A stretch of 64,000 nucleotides of DNA. Origin: Camelus ferus. Its lineage: Eukaryota. Numbering within the stretch: the first letter of the stretch is position 1; each line of letters opens with the position of its first letter. A program made the position numbers and the translations under genes. Below are positions 53,801 through 64,000 of the stretch, in pieces. The notes below the pieces were generated by a model, which was given only the letters and a program-made list of their open reading frames with translations, was not told where the DNA came from and made no database searches. The stretch lies in assembly GCF_009834535.1 (NCBI RefSeq), contig NC_045696.1:19284001-19348000 (forward strand), read 5' to 3'.

Positions 53801-54162
53801 TGGATACAAATTGTCAGTTACCAATAAAGCAACTAAGCTAATGATTCATTAAAATCTCAGTTGCAGAGTCCTACTGAATATCTGATTTTGAATGACATGT
53901 GAGCACATTCTGGTCCTGAACACCAGCAGTCCCTACTGCATGACTGGTCTTGAATTAATTATGAACATGACTTGATCTTTGGCACTGAAGCTCACAAAAA
54001 AACAGCTGTTGATATTTTGCAATCTTACCATCTCTGGAATGGGATAATAAGCAACCAGCAAGGTGTTCTAGAAACCAAAAACAAAAGCACTGGCTATCTT
54101 TTCATTAGAAACCCTTATCTTACTACTTGTATTAAATATTATTGTGCAGAATAGTTTTAGAC

Positions 54163-54250
54163 TTTTTTATTGAGTTATAGTCACTTTACAATGTTGTGTC
54201 AAATTCCAGTGCAGAGCACAATTTTTCAGTTATACATGAACATACATATA
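54163..54250 (-). mobile_element. Short 5'-truncated camelid L1 3' end
   Basis: ttttttattgagttatagtcactttacaatgttgtgtcaaattccagtgcagagcacaatttttcagttatacatgaacatacatata; cagaat on both flanks. Confidence 0.85.
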
Positions 54251-55042
54251 CAGAATTTTTTTCTCCAAGATTTTGAAGGACAATAAAATTTCAGTGTATG
54301 AAAAGATGTCTTTGTAAATAGAGTAAATAGATTATATGTTTCAGAGGACAGAAGCTTTGCTTATATTTTGTCTGGCATGATACTCAGCAAATGGCACTTG
54401 TGTGATTGACCATCCTGGTTCAAGAACAGAGATGGATGTTTTTGATGAGGAAGGGGTTCTGGCATAATGCTTCTCTGATTAGGTTTTTAGGACTCATCAA
54501 TTTCCACAGTGTCTGCCTCTGTTAGTCTTTTCCACTATCAGACCCAATATTTGTGTTAAAGGCTTGTAAATTCCTCTTTCCTGTGCCTAAAGCTTCTCAT
54601 ACATGCATATAATCTGCGGAAATCGCTGCCATTATGATTCTACTGACCCATCAACTTTATGCCAACTTGGTAAGATCATGATTTCTCAAATATAAAAGTA
54701 GTGCCCCAAATCCTAATCCTAATCCAACCAACTGGATAAATTGGACTGACATTCAAGAAAAACATCTAAAAGTATTGTCACTGCTGCAAATCAACCGATC
54801 ATTGGGGGGTGGGAGGCAGCTTCTCAAGGAATAGATCCAGTCATCACGTATTCTCTGTTGCTAGTTTTCTTTTCAGAGAAGATGCTTTTTGTTTTTCATC
54901 AGGGCTGATATAAACTTTCAAAAATCTGACAACCTATTGAATCATTATAGCATTGAATTTGTAATGGAGGAACTGCTCCCCAGACCTCTTATGCTCTGTT
55001 ACCAGAACACCTCTGTCAAATGCCAATAAAAGGACATGCCTT

Positions 55043-55181
55043 GGGGGGAGGGTATAGCTCAGGTGGTAGAGAACATGCTTAGCATGCTTGAGGTCCTGAG
55101 TTCAATCCCCAGTACCTCCATCAAAAAACTAAATAAATAAATAAACCTAATTACCTCCCCCCGAAAAAAAAAATTAAGAGA
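55043..55181 (+). mobile_element. Camelid Vic-1-type tRNA-derived SINE inserted into a MIR
   Basis: ggggggagggtatagctcaggtggtagagaacatgcttagcatgcttgaggtcctgagttcaatccccagtacctcca...aaataaataaacctaattacctcccccc plus A tail; A-box and B-box present; TSD aaaggacatgc / aaagtacatgc; MIR 3' part resumes at ~55193-55290. Confidence 0.95.
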
Positions 55182-56430
55182 AAGTACATGCTTCATGGAG
55201 TTGTAATGATTAAACAGTATGAAGTTCTTAACCCAGAGCCCAGCATATAATAAACACTAGGTAAATCCTACTTACTGTTAATTATTATTTCACAATACAA
55301 ATGAAAATTGAAAATATAAATTATTCACATTGCCACTGACATGGGTATTTTCTTTAACATGTGGTATCATGGATTTTTCATGATAAATATATCACGATTG
55401 TAAGATGAATATGATGTGACTGCTTAAACTTTCTTCTTTTCTCTTCAATGTCAATAATATAAGCCACAATCCCCTTAGATACTTAAAGCACAAAGTATGT
55501 GCAAATTATCAGAACCTATTCCCCTGAATTAGTAAGGAAGAAATCCCTTGGCTTTTATTTTTAAGAAGAGGCCTTGGACTATGGTAATTCACTTATTACC
55601 TGCCCCTTTTAAAGGATGCTCATTTGAATGGAGACCTAAGCTACCTACAAGAACAGTAAGGTCACGGGACAGGGGAACTGCCTCTTGATTTTAGAGATGG
55701 ACCTTTGCTTTCATCAGCTCTGTGCAGCCATCACTTGATGGTAAAAAACAGCAGCTGATGTTTAAAAACTGCCCCATATGAAAGGCATCAGGGTGGGCAA
55801 GGTGAAAATCAAGAGCTTGTGAATATACTACAGGCTGAAAGAATTTTTGGAAACTCTTTCCAAGTATGTATGATGCACAACTTCTAAAATGAATAGAAGT
55901 TTGAAATAAGCTTTAAATAAGATGTTGAGATGATGTAAGAAGTATAGCTACTTTAATCTTAATCAAGGCAACTTGTGATGAGGTAACGAAGAGCAAGCAA
56001 TCAGTCAGAACCCAATCTACTCGCATGAAATCTTAAACAACAACAGAGGATTTTTTTTTTTTTTTGCTTTAGTTTGTGTTAAGAGAAATGGGCAACATAA
56101 GTGCTATGCAGATTCAATGTGCTAATGAAATCAATTCATCAAGTTTTAAATTATGTAGGAAATTAAAATAAGAAGCTGTTCTGTACACAAAAGAGACTAT
56201 GTCCCCCAGAGAATAACCAGCCTTGATAAAGAACAGACCTAACACATTTTAGATAAGCTTTTTTAAAAAATGTTATATATCAGCTGCATTTAAATACTTA
56301 TCTCTCTTTTTTTTTAAGTTCCCCAGTGAATCTTTAGATTTTCTATTTAAAAAGGAGCCTAGGAATGGAAATCAGAAAGAATTGGCCAAGAGATCCATTG
56401 TGAAGCTGTTTGATAATTTGTTCCTCAGAT

Positions 56431-57620
56431 CAGCGGTCTGCCACCTGGATTTTGGGTGCTCTTGAGGTATCTGGAGGCATCTAAGGGTACGTGAGGACAG
56501 ATAGTTAAGGGAATTTATTTTTCAAGTAAAGAGTTACATCTTTTATATTAAATCTCTCATAAGAGCCTCTGATGGAGCTCTGGGTCCTAATTTTCTACCA
56601 CCATATAATAAACTCTGACTTTTAAAAATAAGCTACCTCTCACTCAGCACTAAACTCGAAGTGCTGATTGTTCCAGAATATCACACATCTATGAGTCATC
56701 ATTGGAGAGGTCAATCAAAATATAGTTATTGGCTTCAAGAAAATTAAGAATTCTAGTGACAAGATAAAAATTAATTTGGAAGAACAGCATTTTTTAACTG
56801 TTTTCAGCAAAATTGGACTACTTACTTAAATTGTGAGCTGATAAAACACTTTAAAAGGATACTTTCTGAAGAATTAGAACAAAATTTTTGCATACATCCT
56901 AAAAGGAGTTCAAATAATTCAATGACATTTCTTGAATAACACTTTTCCTATCTACTTGTTTATGTGCACAAGATATTTCAATACGTATATTTATAAAAAT
57001 GAAGTAAAAAATAATAATAGAGTTTATGGTATGCCCAGTCTCATTATTAAAATAAATAATTTGTTCAGAGATATAAGATTCAATATAGTAAAAAAAAAAA
57101 AAAATCCAGCACATCTCATAAATATATTTTTCATTAAATTCAGTTGAAGTTGTTTATGAGAATATATAATAAATTTATAGTGTCTACGTAATTATGTACT
57201 AATATTCACTGTAATAATGTATAGGTATTGCACAAATGATTTCTATAATAATAACTTACTCCTGAAAGAATTTTTCAATATTTAGAGAGGATTATGGCTA
57301 CAAAAATAAATCAAATCAATAAAAATATTTCATCGTAAAATATATTACCCTATACTAAAATTTAAATTTGAGAAGTTGAATGAAATTGGTTTGAGGAGGG
57401 AAAAGAAAAATATAAAATTTCTGACTCAAACAAAACAATGTTAATATGTATTTTTTAAATAGATAATATAGGTATCAAATTATTATTTTATTTCAATCCC
57501 ACTGAAAATGTTTAAAGGAGTAATGTAATAGCTTTATTTTAAAATGCCAATATCTATTTTATGCTAGAAATTAAACTCTTTGTAACTATTAAAACATGAT
57601 AAATATTGTAGCTGTCTGCT
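56431..57620 (+). mobile_element. Charlie4-like hAT DNA transposon, internally deleted, with decayed transposase C-terminus
   Basis: 5' end cagcggtc...gggtacgtgaggacagatagttaagggaat. Region ~56944-57003 reads LFLSTCLCAQDISIRIFIKMK, resembling the hAT dimerisation motif (PFPSTYLCEQGFS...IK.K). 3' part tttaaaggagtaatgtaatagctttattttaaaatgccaatat. Confidence 0.75.
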
Positions 57621-57869
57621 GAAGTATATCTATGTGTATTATTTATATAAATTCTTGTGTAAATTAAGCTGTCAGATTAAATATTAATTAGGTATGGCTT
57701 GCACATGCCTATGGTAATTTGATGTGTAGGAAGGGATCCAACATTGGAAATGCCTATTTCAACATTATGAAGTAGATTTTCATTGGCTCAATATCCTTAT
57801 TTACACTGTGTCTTTCAGCAAATATTTAAAGAAGTCAAAAAATTTATTTTTATAATATGCTACATTAAA

Positions 57870-58030
57870 ATAATATTGAATACCAGGTCTCATTTAAATT
57901 CTCAATAGCCTTGTGACAGCATTGTACTCAGTTCTGATTTAGACATGGAGAATCTAACATTTAGAATGAATAAGAAATTTTTCTATGATCATTTACCTAA
58001 AAGTGGAGGAGTTGAAATTCAGATCAAAGG
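57870..58030 (-). mobile_element. MIR SINE fragment
   Basis: tctcatttaaattctcaatagccttgtga...tttagacatggagaatct...aaaagtggaggagttgaaattcagatc. Confidence 0.65.
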
Positions 58031-59029
58031 ACTCTGCCACCATGAATTGTGCTCTTACCCTTTAGCCTTTTATGTCTTGGAATTCCTCAATTGCTTAGAC
58101 AGGGAAATAGAAAAAATCTACCCATCTTAATTGAACTGATTTCTTTCTACTTATATACAATATATAATAGAGTAATTATACAACTAAAAGGCAGATTTAG
58201 TCACCTTTCCATTATGCTACAATAATTTTTTTATGGATTTAAGAAAAACTATGGTCTAGCTCAAATTATGCTCAATTATTTTGTACATTGGTTTATTGGG
58301 AAATAATTATTTTCTAAATAAAAATAACATAACTATTTTCTCCTATGATGACTACAGATTATACATAGTTCTAGTAAATAGAAAAAAATACAAAAAAATT
58401 AGAGTCAAAAAACTGGTGAAACTATACATGTTAAATAATAAAAAAAATCTATTTCCTTTTTCACTTAAATTTCTCTCAAGAAAAAATATTTAAAATAATT
58501 ATTGGAATTGAGAAAATGTATTAAATTCCTATGTTATAACAGCAGGAACTAGCTAAGGTAGTAACAATATAAAAATACTACAAAAAGGATCAACATGTTT
58601 GTGATTTTTAGTCTTTAACTTAACAATTAGCTTGTCATAGAACTGTAGTTCATTCTCATTTTGTTTTATTAAGAGAATCAAACATTCTTTTTTTCTTTTT
58701 TAACAAATGTGGATGTTCAGAGGGCTAATTTGGGCCAACTAACTACAGATGGCTTGGCAATGTTTGAATGTAGAAAATAAACTCACAATTTCTGACTTAC
58801 TATTTGTAACTTCAGCTATCATCAGACAAAAACGGCATAGAGAAATTAGTAAATTTTGGTTATGTTTTACAGTTCATAGCCTGTGAAAGAGACTGCTTTC
58901 TAGATAACGATTTGTTCAGAAATTATTTCTGATTTGTTTCTGTACGACATTTCCCAGATTCAATATATTCTTAGAAAGCACTTGATCACTGAAGAAAATC
59001 AAAAGAAACAAGTTTTCCTCCCATAATCT

Positions 59030-59145
59030 ATGTATTAGGCATATGTGTATATGTATGCATGTGTGTGTGTATGTGTGTATGTATGAGTAGTGTATATATG
59101 TATATATACCTTCACACACCTACACACTCTCTCACACACATAGAC
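59030..59145 (+). repeat. (TG/TA)n followed by (CA)n low-complexity tract
   Basis: atatgtgtatatgtatgcatgtgtgtgtgtatgtgtgtatgtatg...cacacacc. Confidence 0.8.
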
Positions 59146-59589
59146 ATAGTGGCTGGTTGATGACAGAGAGACCTGTACTTTTCTTAGACATGTCTAAAGA
59201 ACAATGCATTTCATCTAATTGGGAATAGTTTCTCTTGCAACAGATAAATGGTCTTTCCGCTTGCTCAAAAGTCTGCTCTCCTACTCACTGCCATACCTTA
59301 TTAGCCACTAAACATCACACTGACAATTATTTACTTACCTAACTCTCCTTTTCATTTCTATTAACATTCACTCGTCTCAAGGCTTTAACATTATCTTGAC
59401 ACTCCTAAACCCAGATCTTCCTTCAACCTAGGCTCTTTACTAAATATCTTTGTAGCATAAATCTGATAACAATACTCAACTTTACATCTTTAACTTACTG
59501 TCCATTGTCTTTGACATCACACTGTAAAACATTAACAACATATGAGAGCATAGAAAAATAATTTGGAAGAAGGAAGCAGAAATGAATTC

Positions 59590-60300
59590 AGAGAAAGCTC
59601 GTTAGTGGATTACTCCTGGAGTCTAGTAAGAAGTTGCAATAGCATGAACCAGGAAAGGAGTGAAACATAGAGAAGAGTTAACATGTTTTAAAGATATTTT
59701 ATGAATAAAATAAACAGTGCTTGATAATCAAATTCATAAAGAGGAAGAAAGAGAACAGTTAGAAGAATTAGAAGAATCTAGCTTTTCTGAAGTTGGTCAT
59801 TGGAAGATCAGTGATAACGTAAAATCTGGACTATGACAATCTGTAGATGAGACTTGATGGGTCACTTCTGGGTGAGTTTAATTCAAGGTGCCTTTGCTTA
59901 AAACACATGGGGATGTGAAGTGGGCATTTGAACATATGAGTACAGATATTTGAAGAGAAGTCAATGCTAGAAGTCAAGTGTAGAGGAAGAAAAGGAGACG
60001 GTTGATATGGGAAAATTGCTTTGAAAATAGAACATCATTAACAAATTAAAAGGCCACACTTATGAAATACAAATAGTTGATGTCTACATACAAATGAATG
60101 AGACTGGATTAGAGAAGGTGGGGAAGTGGGAGGAAAACAGGAAGAAATGTATTATCATAAAAGCCAAGGGAAAAGAGTGTTCAGGGAAGATTTTAGCAAG
60201 GATCAAACTGGGATTCTGTCTCCAATGTTTGCTAACAATTATGACAGTACTTGCAATGCAGAGTGATGAGAATGTAATCCAGACTAAAACGGTTTATTTA
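59590..60300 (-). mobile_element. L2 LINE fragment
   Basis: aagatattttatgaataaaataaacagtgcttgataatcaa...gggtgagtttaattcaaggtgcct...agaaggtggggaagtgggaggaaaacaggaaga...atcataaaagccaagggaaaagagtgttc. Confidence 0.7.
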
Positions 60301-60734
60301 GAATGGAGATAGTATGTATGTATATATGTATATTTATGTATACATTTCTCTCAAGTTTGTTTAACTTGAAAAAAATGAGAAGATAAGAAAGACCTGGGCA
60401 TATATAAATATCAATTGTAAAGAGCTGGAGAATTTTGACCTCACAATCAAAATTAAAATAAAATAAGGAACTAACAATCTTTTGACAATGGGTCATATTT
60501 CACTTTCTTTACATTTTATTTCTTTTTAGTCCCATCTTTCTATTTTAGTTGATTTATGGAACACATCTGCATGTCCTTAGTATGTGTAGAGTGCTCTCAG
60601 CCTCCTGTTGTAAGAGGGAAAGGCAACTTGAAGAGGATTGGTATGTAAATGCTGGTACCCCAAAGCAAACAGAATGCAGCAGAAACAGAAAGATGGGAAA
60701 CATATTGCTTCATTTTTTTGTAGAACTATTGTCA

Positions 60735-61235
60735 TAGACTGTTCCAAACTTAACTACGGTTCAAAAAAATTTTTTTTAATTTTACAATGGTGCAAAAGCA
60801 ACATGCATTAAGTAGAAACTACATTTCAACTTGGATTTTTGATCTCTTCCCAGGTTAGCTACATGTGGTCCAATTCCTCTCTGGTGATGCTGGGTAGCTC
60901 CAGGTAGCCATAGCTCACATTCAGCCACGTGATCACAAGGGTACACAGCCTCTACACTTACAACCATCCTGGACCCATACAACCACTCTGTTTTTTACTT
61001 TTAGTACAGTATTCAATAAATGATATGAGCTATTCAACATTTTATTACAAAATAGGCTTTGTGTTAGATGATTTTGCCCAACTGTAGGCTAGGGCAAGTG
61101 TTCTGAGCATGTTGAAGGTAGGTTATGTTGGGTAAATTTGGTGTATTAAATGCATTTTTGACTTACTGAAAATTTTAAATTATGATGGATTTAAATTATC
61201 AGGACTTAACCCCATCCTAAGTCGAGGAAGATCTG
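60735..61235. mobile_element. Tigger5b/MER47-family TcMar-Tigger element
   Basis: tttacaatggtgcaaaagc...cagccacgtgatcacaagggt...cccatacaacc...aaaataggctttgtgttagatgattttgcccaactgtaggcta...aaccccatcctaagtcgaggaagatctg followed by TA. Confidence 0.9.
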
Positions 61236-61320
61236 TAGTGTTAACACAGGTAAATAACTGAGCTAATTTAAATAACCTTAGTTATTTATGTCAATCATGA
61301 GTTTTTCCTCCTGCTCATTT

Positions 61321-61354
61321 ACACACACATGCACACACACATGCACACACACAC
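61321..61354 (+). repeat. Imperfect (CA)n microsatellite
   Basis: acacacacatgcacacacacatgcacacacacac. Confidence 0.9.
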
Positions 61355-62551
61355 CTGCCTGCTTCTATGCCAATAAAAGAGCAAAACAATGAAAGTGATA
61401 CATAAGCACATTATGAAACAGGTTTCAAGAATGCCTGACATTTATATTCAAACTTTCATTCTAAATGATTGGTAGGTTCTTTACATAATGTATGCTTAGC
61501 AGGTGTTTCAACCTCTAAAAAAGAAGCGCCAGTGAGGTGGAAGTAAGGAAATGTTTCTGCTTCATCAACCAGGAATATTTTTTAAGGGGAGAAAAATAAT
61601 TTTGCAACCAAAGTAGAAATGGGGAGGCAAGATAGAGTCAGTCTTTCTTTAGTGATTGATAATGGACCCTAGAGGTTAACTTTCTAAGGCCTGTGTAGTT
61701 TGCAAGAGTCATTTAATCAATATTTGTATGTAAAGTTTTAAAAGAAGAGAGACTCTGATTTGAATGTGTTGAAGTGAGGTACATGAATATTTATAGTTAA
61801 ATATAAAAAATTCCAGATGGTTGTCTGAATCACCAACTTATTATCTATAGGTTAGCCTGTAGTTTATTTTACTGAATCTATAATTTTTTAGAAAAAATAT
61901 CAGAAGTTGGCAAAATAATGTGAAATGTGAAGATATAACCTGTCTTATTTTAACTGAAATGACCATTTGCATATTGCAGATGGATTATGACAGTGAAATG
62001 CATTCAGGTTGTGAGGGTATAGTCAACTAATAGCATATTTTGTATTCAATATGTTATTGTATACACTTAAAATTAAGATTTTTTTTAATCATTTAAGAAA
62101 AAGACAGAAATGTGATAAAGTTGAGCTGGTTTCATGAGACACGTAACTCAGAATTTTTCACTGAAGCAGATAAACAACATGGTGTTTGGGGTTTGAGAGT
62201 TCAGATATTGCCATATTTATAAGGACCATGGAAACAGGAGAAACAAAATTTTAAAGTTAATTAATGAAGGTGATTTTATAAGATTGTGCTTACATTAATG
62301 CCATAAATAAGAATAAAATAAAGCTTTAATTTAACAAAAAATACTTGAGTCATTCCTTCCTTTTTATGGTCCATAAATGTGAAAAAATATAAAGAAAATA
62401 GAACAATTAAGTTAATTACCTTGAATCTTAGCATAATAATATTACCTGAGGGCAACCTATTTCTTCATCTTTGACTTGAAATGGCAAATCTACATACCAT
62501 AGCTTTCATCCCAAGTTTTCCAAATTAGAACAAGCATCCAATATGTAAAAA

Positions 62552-63186
62552 CAGACTATTCTCTTTATTTTTGGTGGTTATGTTTTATGAAATTACTATG
62601 AACACTGATTTAGCAAACACTGCACTTTGCTCCTAGGGAAAATACAGAGTTAGGTTGCTGGGAGACTCTGTCACAACATTTTCATCACCCTTGTACATAA
62701 CCTTGGTTTATGTGTGTTTCCATTTAAAGACACTTTATTTAATATATATTGCTGATTCATTAGCATTGAACTCATGGCCAACAGTCATATATCTCAGACC
62801 TGAATAAAGCTTATCTAACACACATATTTTCTCAGGAAGCCACAGCCCCGTCTTTTGGCACTTAGGAAAATTAGACAGCATTTCAACACCATGCTTGGAG
62901 GCAATTTTAAACAAAGAAATCAGTGACATGAAAAACAAAAGATGCAGAAAATGTGGCACTAAATAGACCTCAGAAAGGGCACTTGTTTAGTTTACAGTAT
63001 GAGAACTGAAACCAGAAGTCAGAGCGTGGCTTTTGTCCATGTCAGCTTGGAAGGTACATGCTGGGCAACTCGAATTTTTTTGTACTGCTCTGGGCATGTC
63101 TGTGAATGACTTTGGGGGTTACATATAAATTTTAGAAAGAAGGCAAATTTGAAAATACAGACTTTATGGATAATGAGGATTGGTTG
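62552..63186. mobile_element. MER82 (TcMar-Tigger), near full length
   Basis: gaacactgatttagcaaacactg...ttgctcctagggaaaatacagagttaggtt...ttgaactcatggccaacag...gtggcactaaatagacc...ttgggggttaca...ggataatgaggattggttg followed by TA. Confidence 0.9.
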
Positions 63187-63231
63187 TATCTCTCCCTCTT
63201 TGCTGCCTGTCCCTGATAATAGCACGCTAAT

Positions 63232-63873
63232 TGTTAGGAAACCACACTTGGGTCCTCTCACCCTGGCATAGTAAAGGCAATCTACTGACACCAGGTTGTG
63301 CTGAAGGAAAGTGCAGAGTTTATGCGAGGCCAAGCAGGGAGAATGGGTAGTTAATGCTCAAAAGATTGCAAGACTCATGGACAGACTTCAGGGAAGGGTT
63401 TTTAAAGGCAAGGTGAGGGAGAAAGTTGCAAGGTGTATGATCAGCTGGTGCACAATTTCCTGTTTCATTGATGGTGATATAACTAGATGATGTCATAGGG
63501 GTTTACATCATCAATCCTCAGGCTCCAGCCAATCTGCGGTTACGTGTACATGGTCATCAAGCAGTTGATTCTTCCATCTGGTGGGGGTTTTAGCATCAAT
63601 AAAACAACTCAGGAATGTGGGTCAGACACATGTCTATGTCCTTCAGAGAGGAACTAAAGTCTGTGGACTCTACTATACGGCTGATCTGTTGTTGAAATTG
63701 TTACCAGTTCTCCTGCCCAACTGCTACCCTTGTCACTACATGTTCACAATCATCCAATCATTTGTGACTCAGAGGAGGCCTGGGAGACTGAAGCTTTTCT
63801 ACAAACAAGAAGCAGGTGGAGGACATTAGGGAGTCTGTTCTGGGAAGGCCCCATAGGGTCCTGCTCAATTACA
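63232..63873 (-). mobile_element. ERV1 solo LTR (642 bp; MER34/LTR39-like)
   Basis: tgtt...ttaca termini; TSD taat/caat (1 mismatch); aatctactgacaccaggttgtgctgaaggaaagt...gggaaggccccatagggtcctgctc. Confidence 0.85.
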
Positions 63874-64000
63874 CAATGAGCACAGCCAGCTAGAATTTAA
63901 GTAATTGTCAAAAGCACTTGAAAGACTTCAAAATTTTTTTAAAAATGAAATACTTTAAAGTTAAGAGTAAGTTACTGAGAGCTGTATCATTAATAAAGAC

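Noticed and set aside
55043..55120. tRNA-like sequence (also 47025-47100)
   Set aside because: Followed by a SINE body, A-tail and TSD, so it is a SINE head rather than a tRNA gene
1..64000. Novel multi-gene system, operon, provirus or horizontally acquired island
   Set aside because: No ORF over 142 aa, no intact RT, integrase or transposase, LTRs are solo and unpaired, and composition fits ordinary mammalian non-coding DNA

Overview
AT-rich, CpG-poor mammalian genomic DNA, intergenic or deep intronic. Two Vic-1-type tRNA-derived SINEs and artiodactyl-type L1 3' ends point to a camelid (alpaca, llama or camel). I recognise no intact protein-coding gene, and almost all ORFs in the track come from microsatellites, decayed repeats or chance. 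The one recognisable gene-derived sequence is a ~300 bp minus-strand fragment of the DNAJA1 terminal coding region and proximal 3'UTR (23901-24205). It is inserted inside a MaLR (MLT1) LTR, has no poly(A) tail and has lost its stop codon. The rest is a layered record of mobile elements: L2, MIR, MamSINE1, L1M, MLT1/MLT2/LTR33, ERV1 solo LTRs with 4-bp TSDs (two nested in older LTRs), hAT and Tigger DNA transposons, and simple repeats. Unique stretches hold a promoter-like motif cluster (23056-23430) and two candidate small exons. Repeat family names come from my recollection of consensus sequences, not a database search. I found no convincing novel multi-gene system, CRISPR array or prokaryotic element.
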